64,000 nt of DNA from Leptospiraceae bacterium (GCA_040217195.1 JAVJNR010000004.1:960001-1024000), one strand, 5' to 3'. Counted from the stretch's first letter, positions 9,892 to 19,725 are shown. The notes: a model not told the origin generated them from the letters alone. Numbers and translations: made by a program.

Positions 9892-11039
9892 GTTCTCAAT
9901 CTCCAGCCGGGCCTCTTGCTCGAGCGCTGAATCATACTACAACCAGCTATAAGTTCCTGTTCTTGAAAGGCTTACTGGATGCGGCAGGAATCACATCGGC
10001 TGTAGAAAAACGAGATTCCATTCCTCTCAAAGAAATCTATGTTCGATCCATTGTTACTGCCTGGTATCCGGTAGTTACTTTTCATCTTTCCCTTGGCAGC
10101 CAGGATCGCATCGAGCAATTCATTGGTACTATCAAGGAATCGCCAGGGATCGATACCATAGAAATTCCTTCCCCGGACCGCTTAATATCCGAATTTTCCG
10201 GCCAATCCAGCAATGAAGAGCAAAACAGAATATTCAAACAGCTGGATCAATATGTACGCTTTCGCTTCTTGACTCCCTGGATAGAGGATGAATTGAGGGG
10301 CCTGCCAGACTCCAAAAAGAATGCAGCCATTGAAAGAATCGCAGCGGCCGATGCGAAAAGCAAACCGCAGAAGCAACGATTACCTTACCATTTCATGGAA
10401 ATGGACGGAGAAATTCATATTGCCTTGCAGAAACAATTCTCGGAGTATTTGCGATCCAATTCCACTCTGGTATACGATTGGTGGCGATGGAATTTTGCCA
10501 GATACGTTCAGGACCGAAATCCACTGTGCCCGGGGATCATAAATAAGATTGAAAAGCCCGAAAAAAGAGAGCTTACACTTCAGCGAATTGTCTGGAACCA
10601 TAGAATCAATGTCGGTGACGATATCCGCTGCATCTACTCAGGAGCGAAGCTAGACAGGTCTTTTGACCTGGATCATTTCATCCCCTGGTCTTACCTGCTG
10701 CATGATAAGCTCTGGAATATTCATCCCTGTCTGCCGAATGCCAATCGAAGTAAATCCGATCGTCTGCCTTCCCTGTCCCTGTATTTGGATAGATTTCTCA
10801 TATTGCAACTGGAAGCATTGAAATCCACTCCGCTCTTAACAGACACCTGGTCAAAACGACAGTCCTGGAAATCAAAATACGAGTTTCAGTACGATATCTC
10901 TCCGCAGCTAAATCTGCTGCGGATTTCCCGGGAAAACAGCAAAAGGGCCCAGAGGTTATTGGAGGAGAACATAGTTAGGCTCTGGGAGTCCGCAGAGCAG
11001 CAGGGCTATGCAACAGACTGGATCTACCTACCGGCCTAG
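9888..11039 (+). CDS. HNH endonuclease domain protein
   Basis: CIYSG...DLDHFIPWS...WNIHPCLPNANRSKSD HNH motif; N-terminal TTSYKFLFL helical domain. Confidence 0.85.
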   Translation: MSSQSPAGPLARALNHTTTSYKFLFLKGLLDAAGITSAVEKRDSIPLKEIYVRSIVTAWYPVVTFHLSLGSQDRIEQFIGTIKESPGIDTIEIPSPDRLISEFSGQSSNEEQNRIFKQLDQYVRFRFLTPWIEDELRGLPDSKKNAAIERIAAADAKSKPQKQRLPYHFMEMDGEIHIALQKQFSEYLRSNSTLVYDWWRWNFARYVQDRNPLCPGIINKIEKPEKRELTLQRIVWNHRINVGDDIRCIYSGAKLDRSFDLDHFIPWSYLLHDKLWNIHPCLPNANRSKSDRLPSLSLYLDRFLILQLEALKSTPLLTDTWSKRQSWKSKYEFQYDISPQLNLLRISRENSKRAQRLLEENIVRLWESAEQQGYATDWIYLPA

Positions 11040-11070
11040 TCGAGCGAGCCGGACCTGACGAATGACCAAT

Positions 11071-11451
11071 TTAATATTTCTGCTTTTCTGAGATAACCCC
11101 GCGAACGCCACCTCGTGGATCTCTGGAGTCGCCGGAGTTACGCGGAATTACATGGATATGCACATGCCATACAGTCTGACCCGCGGCAGGCCCCATATTT
11201 ATGCCAATGTTGAAATCAGTGGCTCCGAACTCCTCTTTGAGTTCTAACAGAACTTCATCCACCAGGCTCCACAAACTCTGCTTCTCTTCGCCACTTAGTT
11301 CATCGTAGCGCGATACAACCCGTCGGCTGATGACCAGGGTGTGGCCCGGAGTTACCGGAAAACGATCCCTGCAGGCAAAACTCAGCTCATTTTCTGCAAC
11401 TCTGGGAGCGCTCAGAAATGGACTTTCGAAAGGAGGCGAGTTATCGCTCAT
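11071..11451 (-). CDS. HIT family nucleotide hydrolase
   Basis: FPVTPGHTLVI and AGQTVWHVHIHVIPR histidine triad. Confidence 0.93.
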   Translation of the reverse strand: MSDNSPPFESPFLSAPRVAENELSFACRDRFPVTPGHTLVISRRVVSRYDELSGEEKQSLWSLVDEVLLELKEEFGATDFNIGINMGPAAGQTVWHVHIHVIPRNSGDSRDPRGGVRGVISEKQKY

Positions 11452-11489
11452 TTGTTAATTTGCCTGTGTGCTATTGTTTCGCAGGTAAG

Positions 11490-11936
11490 TCAGCCCATGG
11501 AATAGGGATCACCACCGCCGCCACCGGCCTTCATTTCATGAAGTTTATGCCGAGTTTCTGCGATTGCATCCTCCACTTCAGCTGTTCTTTCCAGAATTAG
11601 CTTCAGAAGAGAAAAAGGAAAAACAGGATCATTTCTAGAGATTCGAAGAAACATGGGTTCGTCGATATAACCCAGTTTGGCATGCTTGGTCTGCACTCGA
11701 ATTGTGGCTGAGCGAGGGTTTCGATTCAAGATTGCCATTTCGCCGAAGAAAGCTCCCGGACCAAGTGTGGCAATTGTGTAATCAGCTCCATCAATCTGGC
11801 GAGATACGCTCATCTCCCCTTCCGATACAAAGTACATACGTCCGTCTGAATCCTGGCCCTGCTCGAAAATCACCTCACCCTGTTTGTAGTAAGCCGTGGC
11901 GAGATTATTTACGTATTCAAAGATATTCAGGGACAT
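11490..11936 (-). CDS. Stand-alone cyclic nucleotide-binding domain protein
   Basis: VIFEQGQ...GAFFGEMAILNRNPRSATIR; no HTH. Confidence 0.9.
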   Translation of the reverse strand: MSLNIFEYVNNLATAYYKQGEVIFEQGQDSDGRMYFVSEGEMSVSRQIDGADYTIATLGPGAFFGEMAILNRNPRSATIRVQTKHAKLGYIDEPMFLRISRNDPVFPFSLLKLILERTAEVEDAIAETRHKLHEMKAGGGGGDPYSMG

Positions 11937-12430
11937 TAGCTAATACCCCTTCTGGCTTTTTCCTGATCCAGCTCTTCGGTAAGCTTTTGCAGAGTATCCT
12001 CGGACTTGATCAGTCGGTCCACAGCATGCCTTAGCAGATAGAATAGAAACTGAGGACTGGAACCGGATAGCTTGTAGAGGATGGATTTATTGATTACACC
12101 TAACTTGGCTTCCGGACTGATTACACGGGCCGTGGCCATCCGGGGCTGGGCTCGAATCAAAGCCATTTCGCCAAAAAACTTTCCAGGACCAATGGAGTTG
12201 ATCTGGCGCTCCTCGCTTCCATCACCTCTAAAAATGCCAATAATTCCTTCAAACACAAAGTACATGCAGTCCCCGGCCGTTTCCCCTTCCTGGAAAATGA
12301 TATGATTCTGGGGATATTTCTCCAGAGTAACCCGCTTCAGCTGGTCCAGCACAGACATGATTCCCATTTCAGCAGGTCCGGAGCTATCCTGCAAGTCAAT
12401 CCCGGTCGGCCGTACCATTTTAGCTGCCAT
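11936..12430 (-). CDS. Stand-alone cyclic nucleotide-binding domain protein
   Basis: IIFQEGE...GKFFGEMALIRAQPRMATAR; TAATG stop/start overlap with the next gene. Confidence 0.9.
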   Translation of the reverse strand: MAAKMVRPTGIDLQDSSGPAEMGIMSVLDQLKRVTLEKYPQNHIIFQEGETAGDCMYFVFEGIIGIFRGDGSEERQINSIGPGKFFGEMALIRAQPRMATARVISPEAKLGVINKSILYKLSGSSPQFLFYLLRHAVDRLIKSEDTLQKLTEELDQEKARRGIS

Positions 12431-12477
12431 CTGGAGAAAAAAATGGTCTCTGTATCTGTCTTACAACCACTGGCCAT

Positions 12478-13344
12478 ATGAGCCGGAAGTCCGAAGACAG
12501 CCTATTTAATGCCATGAACAGACAGGTGGGGCGTACCATCCATCAGTATGATCTGATCGAAGATGGCGATCGCATACTTGTGGCCATGAGCGGAGGAAAG
12601 GATAGCCTCTTTCTATTATATATACTCAAGGAATTCCAGAAGAAAGCACCCATTTCATTTGAGCTGGTTCCGGTCCATCTGGACCAGGGTCAGCCCGGCC
12701 ACACAGCCGAGCCATTAATCGAACTGGTTCAATCCATGGGATTTGATCTGCATATTGAATATCAGGACACCTATTCTACCGTCCTGGAACTAACCCCGGA
12801 GGGCAAGACCTACTGTGCCGTATGCAGTCGATTGCGCAGAGGTATTCTCTACAGGTTGGCGAGGGAGACTAACTGCAACCGGATTGCTCTGGGGCATCAC
12901 AGGGAAGATCTTTTGAGCACATTTCTAATGAATGCATTCTTCAATGGTAAACTGGGAAGCATGCCACCGGTGTACAGAATCGAAGAAGGAGATCTCCAGG
13001 TAATACGACCACTGGCCTCTGTATCAGAAGACGATATCAAAGAATTCGTTTCGCTTAAAGGTTGGACAGTGCTACCCTGCAACCTTTGCGGCTCCCAGGA
13101 AGGAGCCCGCCGAAAGCAAATGCAACATTTGCTGGCAGATCTGGAAAAAACAAGTCCTCAGATCAAGAATTCTCTGCTGGCAGCTCTGGGAAACATCCAC
13201 CGCGATGAACTTATGGATCAATCACTCTGGACCGGTAGTCGAAGGGGGCCGGACCTGGAGAATTCCAGAAACCAACAGCCATTGTCTTCCTTCATGCACG
13301 ACAATACCAGAGGAGTGGTTACCGCATCTGCAGCCGCCGAATAA
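12478..13344 (+). CDS. ttcA: tRNA 2-thiocytidine(32) synthetase
   Basis: PP-loop SGGKDS, CAVCSRLRRG, GHH, PCNLCGSQ. Confidence 0.95.
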   Translation: MSRKSEDSLFNAMNRQVGRTIHQYDLIEDGDRILVAMSGGKDSLFLLYILKEFQKKAPISFELVPVHLDQGQPGHTAEPLIELVQSMGFDLHIEYQDTYSTVLELTPEGKTYCAVCSRLRRGILYRLARETNCNRIALGHHREDLLSTFLMNAFFNGKLGSMPPVYRIEEGDLQVIRPLASVSEDDIKEFVSLKGWTVLPCNLCGSQEGARRKQMQHLLADLEKTSPQIKNSLLAALGNIHRDELMDQSLWTGSRRGPDLENSRNQQPLSSFMHDNTRGVVTASAAAE

Positions 13345-13609
13345 GCGATGAATTGGTGTGCGAATCATCGGGAAAGGTCAGACGTATTCGTCAAAGTCAC
13401 GGATAGCTCTGCGCATGCCTGACCTGTACTTCGTCAGCACGATGCTGGGGTCACAGGCGGGCTCAAATTAGCGAGATGTACCCTGGCAGGCAATAAACAC
13501 CCGCAGGTGACTTCAAAGGATGCCAGGCCGCCAGAATAAACGACGGGACAATGGCCTTAAATGACCCGCCCGCAGATTGAATCTCCCGCAGGCAGGCCAG
13601 AGTCGTCGG

Positions 13610-14071
13610 TTAATAAGCAAACCTACCGGGCGCGGGTTCCACCATCAACCCCTGCGTGGAATCCGATGAGGTGCTCAAAGGTTGCGAAAAGGTATAGCCA
13701 CTTCCGGTATCTGTAACAGTGATCTGACTGCCACGCGGAAAGGTTGCCCTGGCTGAACAGGTTCTACCATTTCGTCCTATCGCGGCGGTATGCGTGGTGG
13801 TCACTGACTGATATTCGCTGGTTTCTCCATTGGCCACCGAAAAGGTTAGCATGGCCGCATCAGCACAGCCGGCCGTTGGATGCAGTGTGTAGGCTACCGC
13901 AGATCCGCTATTGTTTAAGATTTGCGCGCGAACCTGTAAATCCGCAAGAGCCAACCAGAACAAAGGTTCATCGAAAATCCGGGCCGGGCTTCCACAATGC
14001 GGACCGGGAACAGACAATCTCATCAGAAGTAATGCGATGAGTAACAGCTCAACCTTCCCGGGCTAGATCAT
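13610..14071 (-). pseudogene. Probable exported/lipoprotein gene with an in-frame amber stop in its signal peptide
   Basis: ORF 13610-14023 extends in frame to ATG 14071 as MI*PGKVELLLIALLLMRLSVPGPHC; TAG at 14063-14065. Confidence 0.45.
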
Positions 14072-14138
14072 GGAGCCGGCTTCTGCATCTGACTGAACAC
14101 AGATAGCCCGCGGTTCTCGCCACCGATTATGCCTTCCC

Positions 14139-14528
14139 CTATTCCGCCGCACGAACGCCGGAGCGATACCGAATCACTGTTCCAGTAGCCTTCCAGCGAA
14201 ATTCATTGTAGACGAAAAACAGAACTCCAAAAACTTCCAGATCAGTCTGTACGTTAATGACATCATCGCCGCCCTTTTCCAGAGCCTTCTGCCTTAAGGC
14301 TGAGAATCCCTGCCCGCCATAATTGAAAAGTCCAAGAATGCTGTAGATGGTTCCCTCCGCTTCGACAGTGCCAAGTATCTGGTAGTCATCGGAATCCAGT
14401 TGAAATGTGGTAAATCCATTTGTGGGCCCCGGGCTACGAACGTTGTTATAACATCCTGGAAGTGCGCCCAGGCTGATAAGGAACGCAGATATTGCTGCCA
14501 ATCTAATGCTTTTTTTGAGTAGATCCAT
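14139..14528 (-). CDS. Small hypothetical lipoprotein
   Basis: Signal ending LGALPGC; motif ALRQKALEKGGDDVINVQTD. Confidence 0.75.
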   Translation of the reverse strand: MDLLKKSIRLAAISAFLISLGALPGCYNNVRSPGPTNGFTTFQLDSDDYQILGTVEAEGTIYSILGLFNYGGQGFSALRQKALEKGGDDVINVQTDLEVFGVLFFVYNEFRWKATGTVIRYRSGVRAAE

Positions 14529-14608
14529 GCTCAGGACTCTGCCCGGCACCAGGAAGCCGTAAACCCGAAAATGGTTGTCGTGTATCGTTTTTGATCAATT
14601 CTTGAAGC

Positions 14609-15280
14609 GTGCAGGCAAATGTAATTGAACTGGAGAATGCTACCGTAACCTCCTTTCCGGTATGGCCCCTGGGTTGTAATTGTTCCATAATTGAATGTAA
14701 AGGAAGCCAGGAGGCCATTGTGGTGGATCCAGGAGGCGAAGAAGAAAAAATTCTGGGAGTTCTAAGAGAGAGAGGACTTCAGGTTTCCCGGATCATTCAC
14801 ACCCATGCCCACTTTGATCACTGCCTGGGAACCCATGGTGTGGCCGATGCACTGCGGCAGGAGGATCCGAACAGAGAGGTTCTAGTAGGACTGCATAAAG
14901 GAGATAGTTTTCTTTATCGAAATCTGGCCATGCAATGTGGTTGGTTCGGACTTCCGCCTATGGAATCCAGGGAACCCATCAACCTGGATCTGGAAGATGG
15001 AATGCGAATTTCCTTTGGACAACAGGAGCTGGAAGTATTGCACACTCCAGGGCATACCCCGGGGTCATGCTGCTTTAGCGTGGAAGGTCTGGTCTTTTCC
15101 GGAGATACACTGTTTGCAGGGGGGATTGGTCGAACGGACTTACCTGGCGGCGATTCAGAACTAATTATGAAAAGCATCCGGGGTCGGCTCTTTTCCCTGG
15201 ACGATGGGACGGCCGTGATACCCGGCCATGGAGGATTCACCAGAATCTTCGAAGAAAAATCCACCAATCCTTTCTTTTAA
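14609..15280 (+). CDS. MBL-fold metallo-hydrolase (glyoxalase II-like)
   Basis: HTHAHFDH, HTPGHTPGS, FSGDTLF, PGHG. Confidence 0.93.
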   Translation: MQANVIELENATVTSFPVWPLGCNCSIIECKGSQEAIVVDPGGEEEKILGVLRERGLQVSRIIHTHAHFDHCLGTHGVADALRQEDPNREVLVGLHKGDSFLYRNLAMQCGWFGLPPMESREPINLDLEDGMRISFGQQELEVLHTPGHTPGSCCFSVEGLVFSGDTLFAGGIGRTDLPGGDSELIMKSIRGRLFSLDDGTAVIPGHGGFTRIFEEKSTNPFF

Positions 15281-15369
15281 GTTTCGAAGGTATTTCTCAA
15301 ATCAACCTACGAAAGGACGTTCCAGATACTGTTCCTGGAGCCCCAACCTCGGATTTCTAAGGCGGCTGC

Positions 15370-16083
15370 ATGCGAATTCCTACACAGCCGGGCTCAATTG
15401 CCGATAGAATTAAGATGAGCCCTCCCTTCCCTGCCAGTGGCCCCAGGAAATCCGGTGCTGCACCCTCCAGGCCTTCCGGACGGACCATTCCATTGGCCTA
15501 CGGTATACTTATTCTCATGGCACTTGCTCCTGCTCTGTCGGAAGCTCCATCGGCTTTTCCCCGAGAAATTGACTTCGGATATGAAAAGCGAATGGGCCAA
15601 TTCATTACAGGACGAGAACTGGAAATCTGGGCCGCCCAGAGAGGGCTGGAGATAACTCCTGATTGTCCGCTAAGAGACCTGGCGGATTCAGAAGCGGAGA
15701 TTATCTCTTCCAGAGGCTCAAGCTTCGAGCTCTTCGCTCCCGGTCAGGGAAGAGTGTATCTGTACCTGGACTTTGTATCTTTCCGTAAGCAGGGAACCCG
15801 TAACAGGCCTCTGGAGCCACATTGTTACCCGGCTCAAAGTGAAATCAGGCTACTGGAAAACACAGATCTTCCGGTGCAATTTCTGGAAATCTATGTAAAC
15901 GGTAGCCGAGTCAGTACCCAGGTATTCGGCGCCGGTTCTCAACCAGCATCGCCATTAATTGTGCCAATTACTCGGGAAATGATGCCTGATCGAAGACTTC
16001 AGATTGAACTAAGACCGGGACCGGGAAACCAATTGCTGGCCCTATGGGATGCTTTTCTGAGCGAAATCCCTCCCGAGAGATGA
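15370..16083 (+). CDS. Hypothetical exported protein
   Basis: Long ORF with a hydrophobic signal-like segment and beta-rich body; start uncertain. Confidence 0.65.
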   Translation: MRIPTQPGSIADRIKMSPPFPASGPRKSGAAPSRPSGRTIPLAYGILILMALAPALSEAPSAFPREIDFGYEKRMGQFITGRELEIWAAQRGLEITPDCPLRDLADSEAEIISSRGSSFELFAPGQGRVYLYLDFVSFRKQGTRNRPLEPHCYPAQSEIRLLENTDLPVQFLEIYVNGSRVSTQVFGAGSQPASPLIVPITREMMPDRRLQIELRPGPGNQLLALWDAFLSEIPPER

Positions 16084-16126
16084 GCGGTTCCGCTTCCGGA
16101 CCCGCTTTCAATGGAAGGCTTCTAAA

Positions 16127-16462
16127 TTAGAAGGAGTAGCGGGACTTGAATTCATCACCGGAAAGTATTTCAAAATAAGAAGTTAGTCCGCTGACTTTGA
16201 ATACCTTTTCGATGGCCGGTTTCAGGTTGGCCACACATAGCTTTCCGTTCAATCCCTGGATGTAATTCAGGGCTTTGATCAGTATACCAATTCCGCTGGA
16301 ATCAATGTATGTCAGCTTATCCAGGTCGATAACAACGTCGGGATTGTTATCCTTAACGTTTTCTTCCAGGGATGATTTGAGATCCAGGGAGGTATAGATG
16401 TCCAGGCTGCCCTCAAGTTCGAATAGAATCTGATTATCGTTTTTCTTTACACTGATTTCCAT
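16127..16462 (-). CDS. STAS-domain anti-sigma factor antagonist
   Basis: LEGSLDIYTS...DLDKLTYIDSSGIGIL; start MEISV at 16462. Confidence 0.92.
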   Translation of the reverse strand: MEISVKKNDNQILFELEGSLDIYTSLDLKSSLEENVKDNNPDVVIDLDKLTYIDSSGIGILIKALNYIQGLNGKLCVANLKPAIEKVFKVSGLTSYFEILSGDEFKSRYSF

Positions 16463-16570
16463 ATACAGAGTCCAGGGCAACAGCCTACAGAGGGCCACAA
16501 AGAATTCAATGAAAAATTGGAAAAAAGACCGATATTAAAAGACAGGGTGACTTTCGCAATTAAGGTAGCT

Positions 16571-17329
16571 ATGATGGGACAGAGGAAATGGATTCCGGCG
16601 GCCGTACTGACGGCCTTTCTCTTTGCGCCGCAGTATGATTATCGTGCAGAGCAGAATGCAGACAATGGGGCGCCCTCGCTCACAGAGCTGGAAGTACCCA
16701 ACGAGGCTCAGACAAAACAGATCCGTGACTTAATTCAACAGATTGCAGAGGTGGAATCCTCCATTGCTGCCATGAAAAATGACCTGGATGTGCTGGGAAA
16801 GGTTAACGATGGACAGACCCGCATCAATGTGGCCGCTACCTACATGGGCAATCCCGGGAATATCGAGCACCGTTTCTTCATTAACGAGATAGCCACCATC
16901 CATTGGAACGGAAATCAAATCGGTAAATTCGAATTCTTCCGTCGGCAGGCCAGAGTCCGGGGCATTTATATTATAAAAAAGACCATGACTGCAGATTCCA
17001 TGGCTCAGGCCGCAGAAAGCGGAACCTTGCAGGTTCCAATTGCCATTCTGGTACAGGAAACCCTGGACTCCGGTCGTGGCATAGTCACTCAATTCAAGCT
17101 ACCCGGACCAGACCAGGACAGTATTAAAGATCACAATGAGCTTGTGGAGTCTGGAAAAGGAAAAATGGAAGTGAGCACGGTCTACCTTCGACAGGTGGAG
17201 GACCGGCTGGATATTCTCAGAAGATATCTACAGGCCATGCGAGACACAGAGCGAATTATCAGATATCTGATTCGAAATAAAATCAAAGCAGACCACTACC
17301 GCTACGAAAGGACCAAAAGCATTAAATGA
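16571..17329 (+). CDS. Hypothetical exported protein
   Basis: Signal peptide, N-terminal coiled coil, central beta region, long C-terminal helix. Confidence 0.75.
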   Translation: MMGQRKWIPAAVLTAFLFAPQYDYRAEQNADNGAPSLTELEVPNEAQTKQIRDLIQQIAEVESSIAAMKNDLDVLGKVNDGQTRINVAATYMGNPGNIEHRFFINEIATIHWNGNQIGKFEFFRRQARVRGIYIIKKTMTADSMAQAAESGTLQVPIAILVQETLDSGRGIVTQFKLPGPDQDSIKDHNELVESGKGKMEVSTVYLRQVEDRLDILRRYLQAMRDTERIIRYLIRNKIKADHYRYERTKSIK

Positions 17330-17330
17330 T

Positions 17331-18011
17331 ATGCCGACGGTATTTGTGGATCATTACAGGCTACTGGGAATAAGCCCGGTAGCCTCCACCGACGAAATTC
17401 AGCGGGCCTTTCGTAGACTTGCCAAAATCCATCATCCGGATAAGAAAGGCGGAGATCCTCTCAGGTTCCATTCAATTTATACAGCCTACCGCATCCTTTC
17501 ACACGATAGTTCAAGAAGACGATTCGATGAAGTATTCTTCAGGCATCGACTGAAACAGGCTGGACTGAACCAGACAAAGCAAGTAATGCCCCGGGTATTT
17601 CGCGTAGGAGCGGAACGATTTGTTTACCCCACTTCGGTGGCATCCCTTGCGCGACGAGGATTGCTAAGAAAGAAATTTAGAAGCCGGGATCGCAGAAAAT
17701 ACCTTAGAATCGATTATGACCTGGAACTTCCCCTGCTGGAACGAGAAATGCCAGGTCCGCTGCGAATCTACGTACCTGTGGTGGCACGCATCCTTTGCCC
17801 TGACTGTCATGGCTCTGATACCGATTGCCATGCCTGCAATGGAAAGGGCTCATACAAGGCCAGCCGAACAGTTAGACTTGATCTGGAAGGTGGATTGAGT
17901 GAAGGACAAATTCTAGAACTGGATTTAAGCAGTTTACGGCCGGATGGCCCTCTGAGCTATTTCAAAAAAAAGAACATTCGGATTAAGATTACATGCATAA
18001 AAACAAAATGA
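17331..18011 (+). CDS. DnaJ-domain protein with a single CxxC-CxxC zinc finger
   Basis: DHYRLLG...HHPDK J-domain; CPDCHG...CHACNGKG. Confidence 0.88.
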   Translation: MPTVFVDHYRLLGISPVASTDEIQRAFRRLAKIHHPDKKGGDPLRFHSIYTAYRILSHDSSRRRFDEVFFRHRLKQAGLNQTKQVMPRVFRVGAERFVYPTSVASLARRGLLRKKFRSRDRRKYLRIDYDLELPLLEREMPGPLRIYVPVVARILCPDCHGSDTDCHACNGKGSYKASRTVRLDLEGGLSEGQILELDLSSLRPDGPLSYFKKKNIRIKITCIKTK

Positions 18012-19699
18012 AACGTGCCTTTTTATTTATCGCCTCACTGATAGTGGCCATCTCAGGCTGTGTGGATGCGGATGCAGAAGCGGAAGAATCTCTTCAGAAG
18101 GTAACCAACCAGATTGTTTCTTCCATGTCACTGGAAGAAAAAGTCGGTCAGCTAATTCATATTGGAATTAGTGGAAAAACCATGCGATCGGGAATTGAAT
18201 CTGAAATTCAGAAGTATCATCCCGGTGGTGTCATACTCTTTGGAATAAACCTGGGCACAGCCAATCAGGTTAAGGAATTAAACAACAAATTACAGAAGTC
18301 CTCTTTGAAAGAAACCGGGATTCCGCTCTTGATAAGCATTGACCAGGAGGGAGGTCGAGTTGTTCGACTAACGCATATAACTCAGTTCCCGGGAGCTATG
18401 GCCATGGGTCAGACCGGACAGCCAGGTCTTGCAAGGGCGGTAGGATTCATTACCGCCAGCGAATTAAAAGACTTTGGATTTAATCTGGTCCTTGCTCCGG
18501 TTCTGGATATTAACAACAACCCCCAAAATCCAGTGATCAATACCAGATCCTACGGAAGTAATACATCCACTGTTACTGAAATGGGTCTGGCATATATGGA
18601 AGGGGTGCAGATGGCAGGCTCCATTCCAGTAATAAAGCATTTTCCTGGTCACGGAGATACTACGGTAGATAGTCACCATGATTTGCCCACAATTTCCAGG
18701 ACCCTGGATCAACTAAAGAGCAAGGAATTGATCCCTTTCCAGGAAGCCATAAATAAGAATGCGCCGGCTCTAATGACAGCCCATATTCTGTTTCCTGCCC
18801 TGGATCAGAAATACCCTGCAACGTTGAGCTCTCGAATTTTACAGGATCTACTTCGCAAGGAACTTAACTTTAACGGACTCATCTTTACGGATGCGATGGA
18901 AATGAAAGCCATCGCCGATCGGTATGAAACCGGCGAATCAGCAATCCTTGCTATTGAGGCAGGGGTGGATGTGCTGCTGCTTACTGCCGAGGGTCCAAAC
19001 ACTCGTCGCATGTTTGAAAGCTTAATCAAAGCTGTAAAGGATGGCAGAATTTCAAAACAGAGAATCGATGAGTCCGTAAGAAGACAGATTTACTGGAAGT
19101 TGCGCACCGGGGCTTTCAGAAAGCACGGTTCGCCACGATACGCGCTGGCCAACCAGGACAAGACATTAAATCAGTATCTGGACCAGCAGGCAAAGATCAA
19201 AAGCGAGCAACGAATACAGATCCAAAAAGATTACCCCGGCAATCTAAATCGAACCGTATCGAGAAAAAGCATTGTTGCACTGAGAAAGGAATACTCGGGC
19301 CTGAACAAAGAGCAACTAAAATCCGCGTACCTGTTCTATAGAACGGCGGCAGCAAGAAAGCAAGCTCTGGAGATGGGAATTCCAGAAAGCCAGCTTGTTT
19401 TTTATCGCACCGGTCATACCTGGCTTTTTCGCATATACGACAAGAAGTGGGCCGGACCCTGGCTGGTTGAACTGGAAGAAGGGGATATACCTCTATGGAA
19501 TCTCCTGGTCTCACGCTGGAATACCCGACGTGACGATCCTTTGATTGGACTTTACTCCGGGAATCCCTTTCATTCGATTTCCATTCCGGAGAAAGGAGCG
19601 TTTCTTTGTTCCTTTTCGCCTACGGTTGAATCTCGCAAAGCTTTAATCTATAGAAGCTTTCATGGACCCATCGAAAGGGCGGAGCTCATACTACCTTAG
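18008..19699 (+). CDS. GH3 beta-N-acetylhexosaminidase (NagZ-like) lipoprotein
   Basis: Lipobox ISGC, IDQEGGRV, KHFPGHGDTTVDSH, TDAMEM. Confidence 0.9.
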   Translation: MKRAFLFIASLIVAISGCVDADAEAEESLQKVTNQIVSSMSLEEKVGQLIHIGISGKTMRSGIESEIQKYHPGGVILFGINLGTANQVKELNNKLQKSSLKETGIPLLISIDQEGGRVVRLTHITQFPGAMAMGQTGQPGLARAVGFITASELKDFGFNLVLAPVLDINNNPQNPVINTRSYGSNTSTVTEMGLAYMEGVQMAGSIPVIKHFPGHGDTTVDSHHDLPTISRTLDQLKSKELIPFQEAINKNAPALMTAHILFPALDQKYPATLSSRILQDLLRKELNFNGLIFTDAMEMKAIADRYETGESAILAIEAGVDVLLLTAEGPNTRRMFESLIKAVKDGRISKQRIDESVRRQIYWKLRTGAFRKHGSPRYALANQDKTLNQYLDQQAKIKSEQRIQIQKDYPGNLNRTVSRKSIVALRKEYSGLNKEQLKSAYLFYRTAAARKQALEMGIPESQLVFYRTGHTWLFRIYDKKWAGPWLVELEEGDIPLWNLLVSRWNTRRDDPLIGLYSGNPFHSISIPEKGAFLCSFSPTVESRKALIYRSFHGPIERAELILP

Positions 19700-19725
19700 T
19701 AGGAATGGTCATTCGCCTGGAATCG

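Noticed and set aside
9888..11039. Cas9/IscB fragment
   Set aside because: The HNH motif is similar, but no RuvC motifs, bridge helix or array are present.
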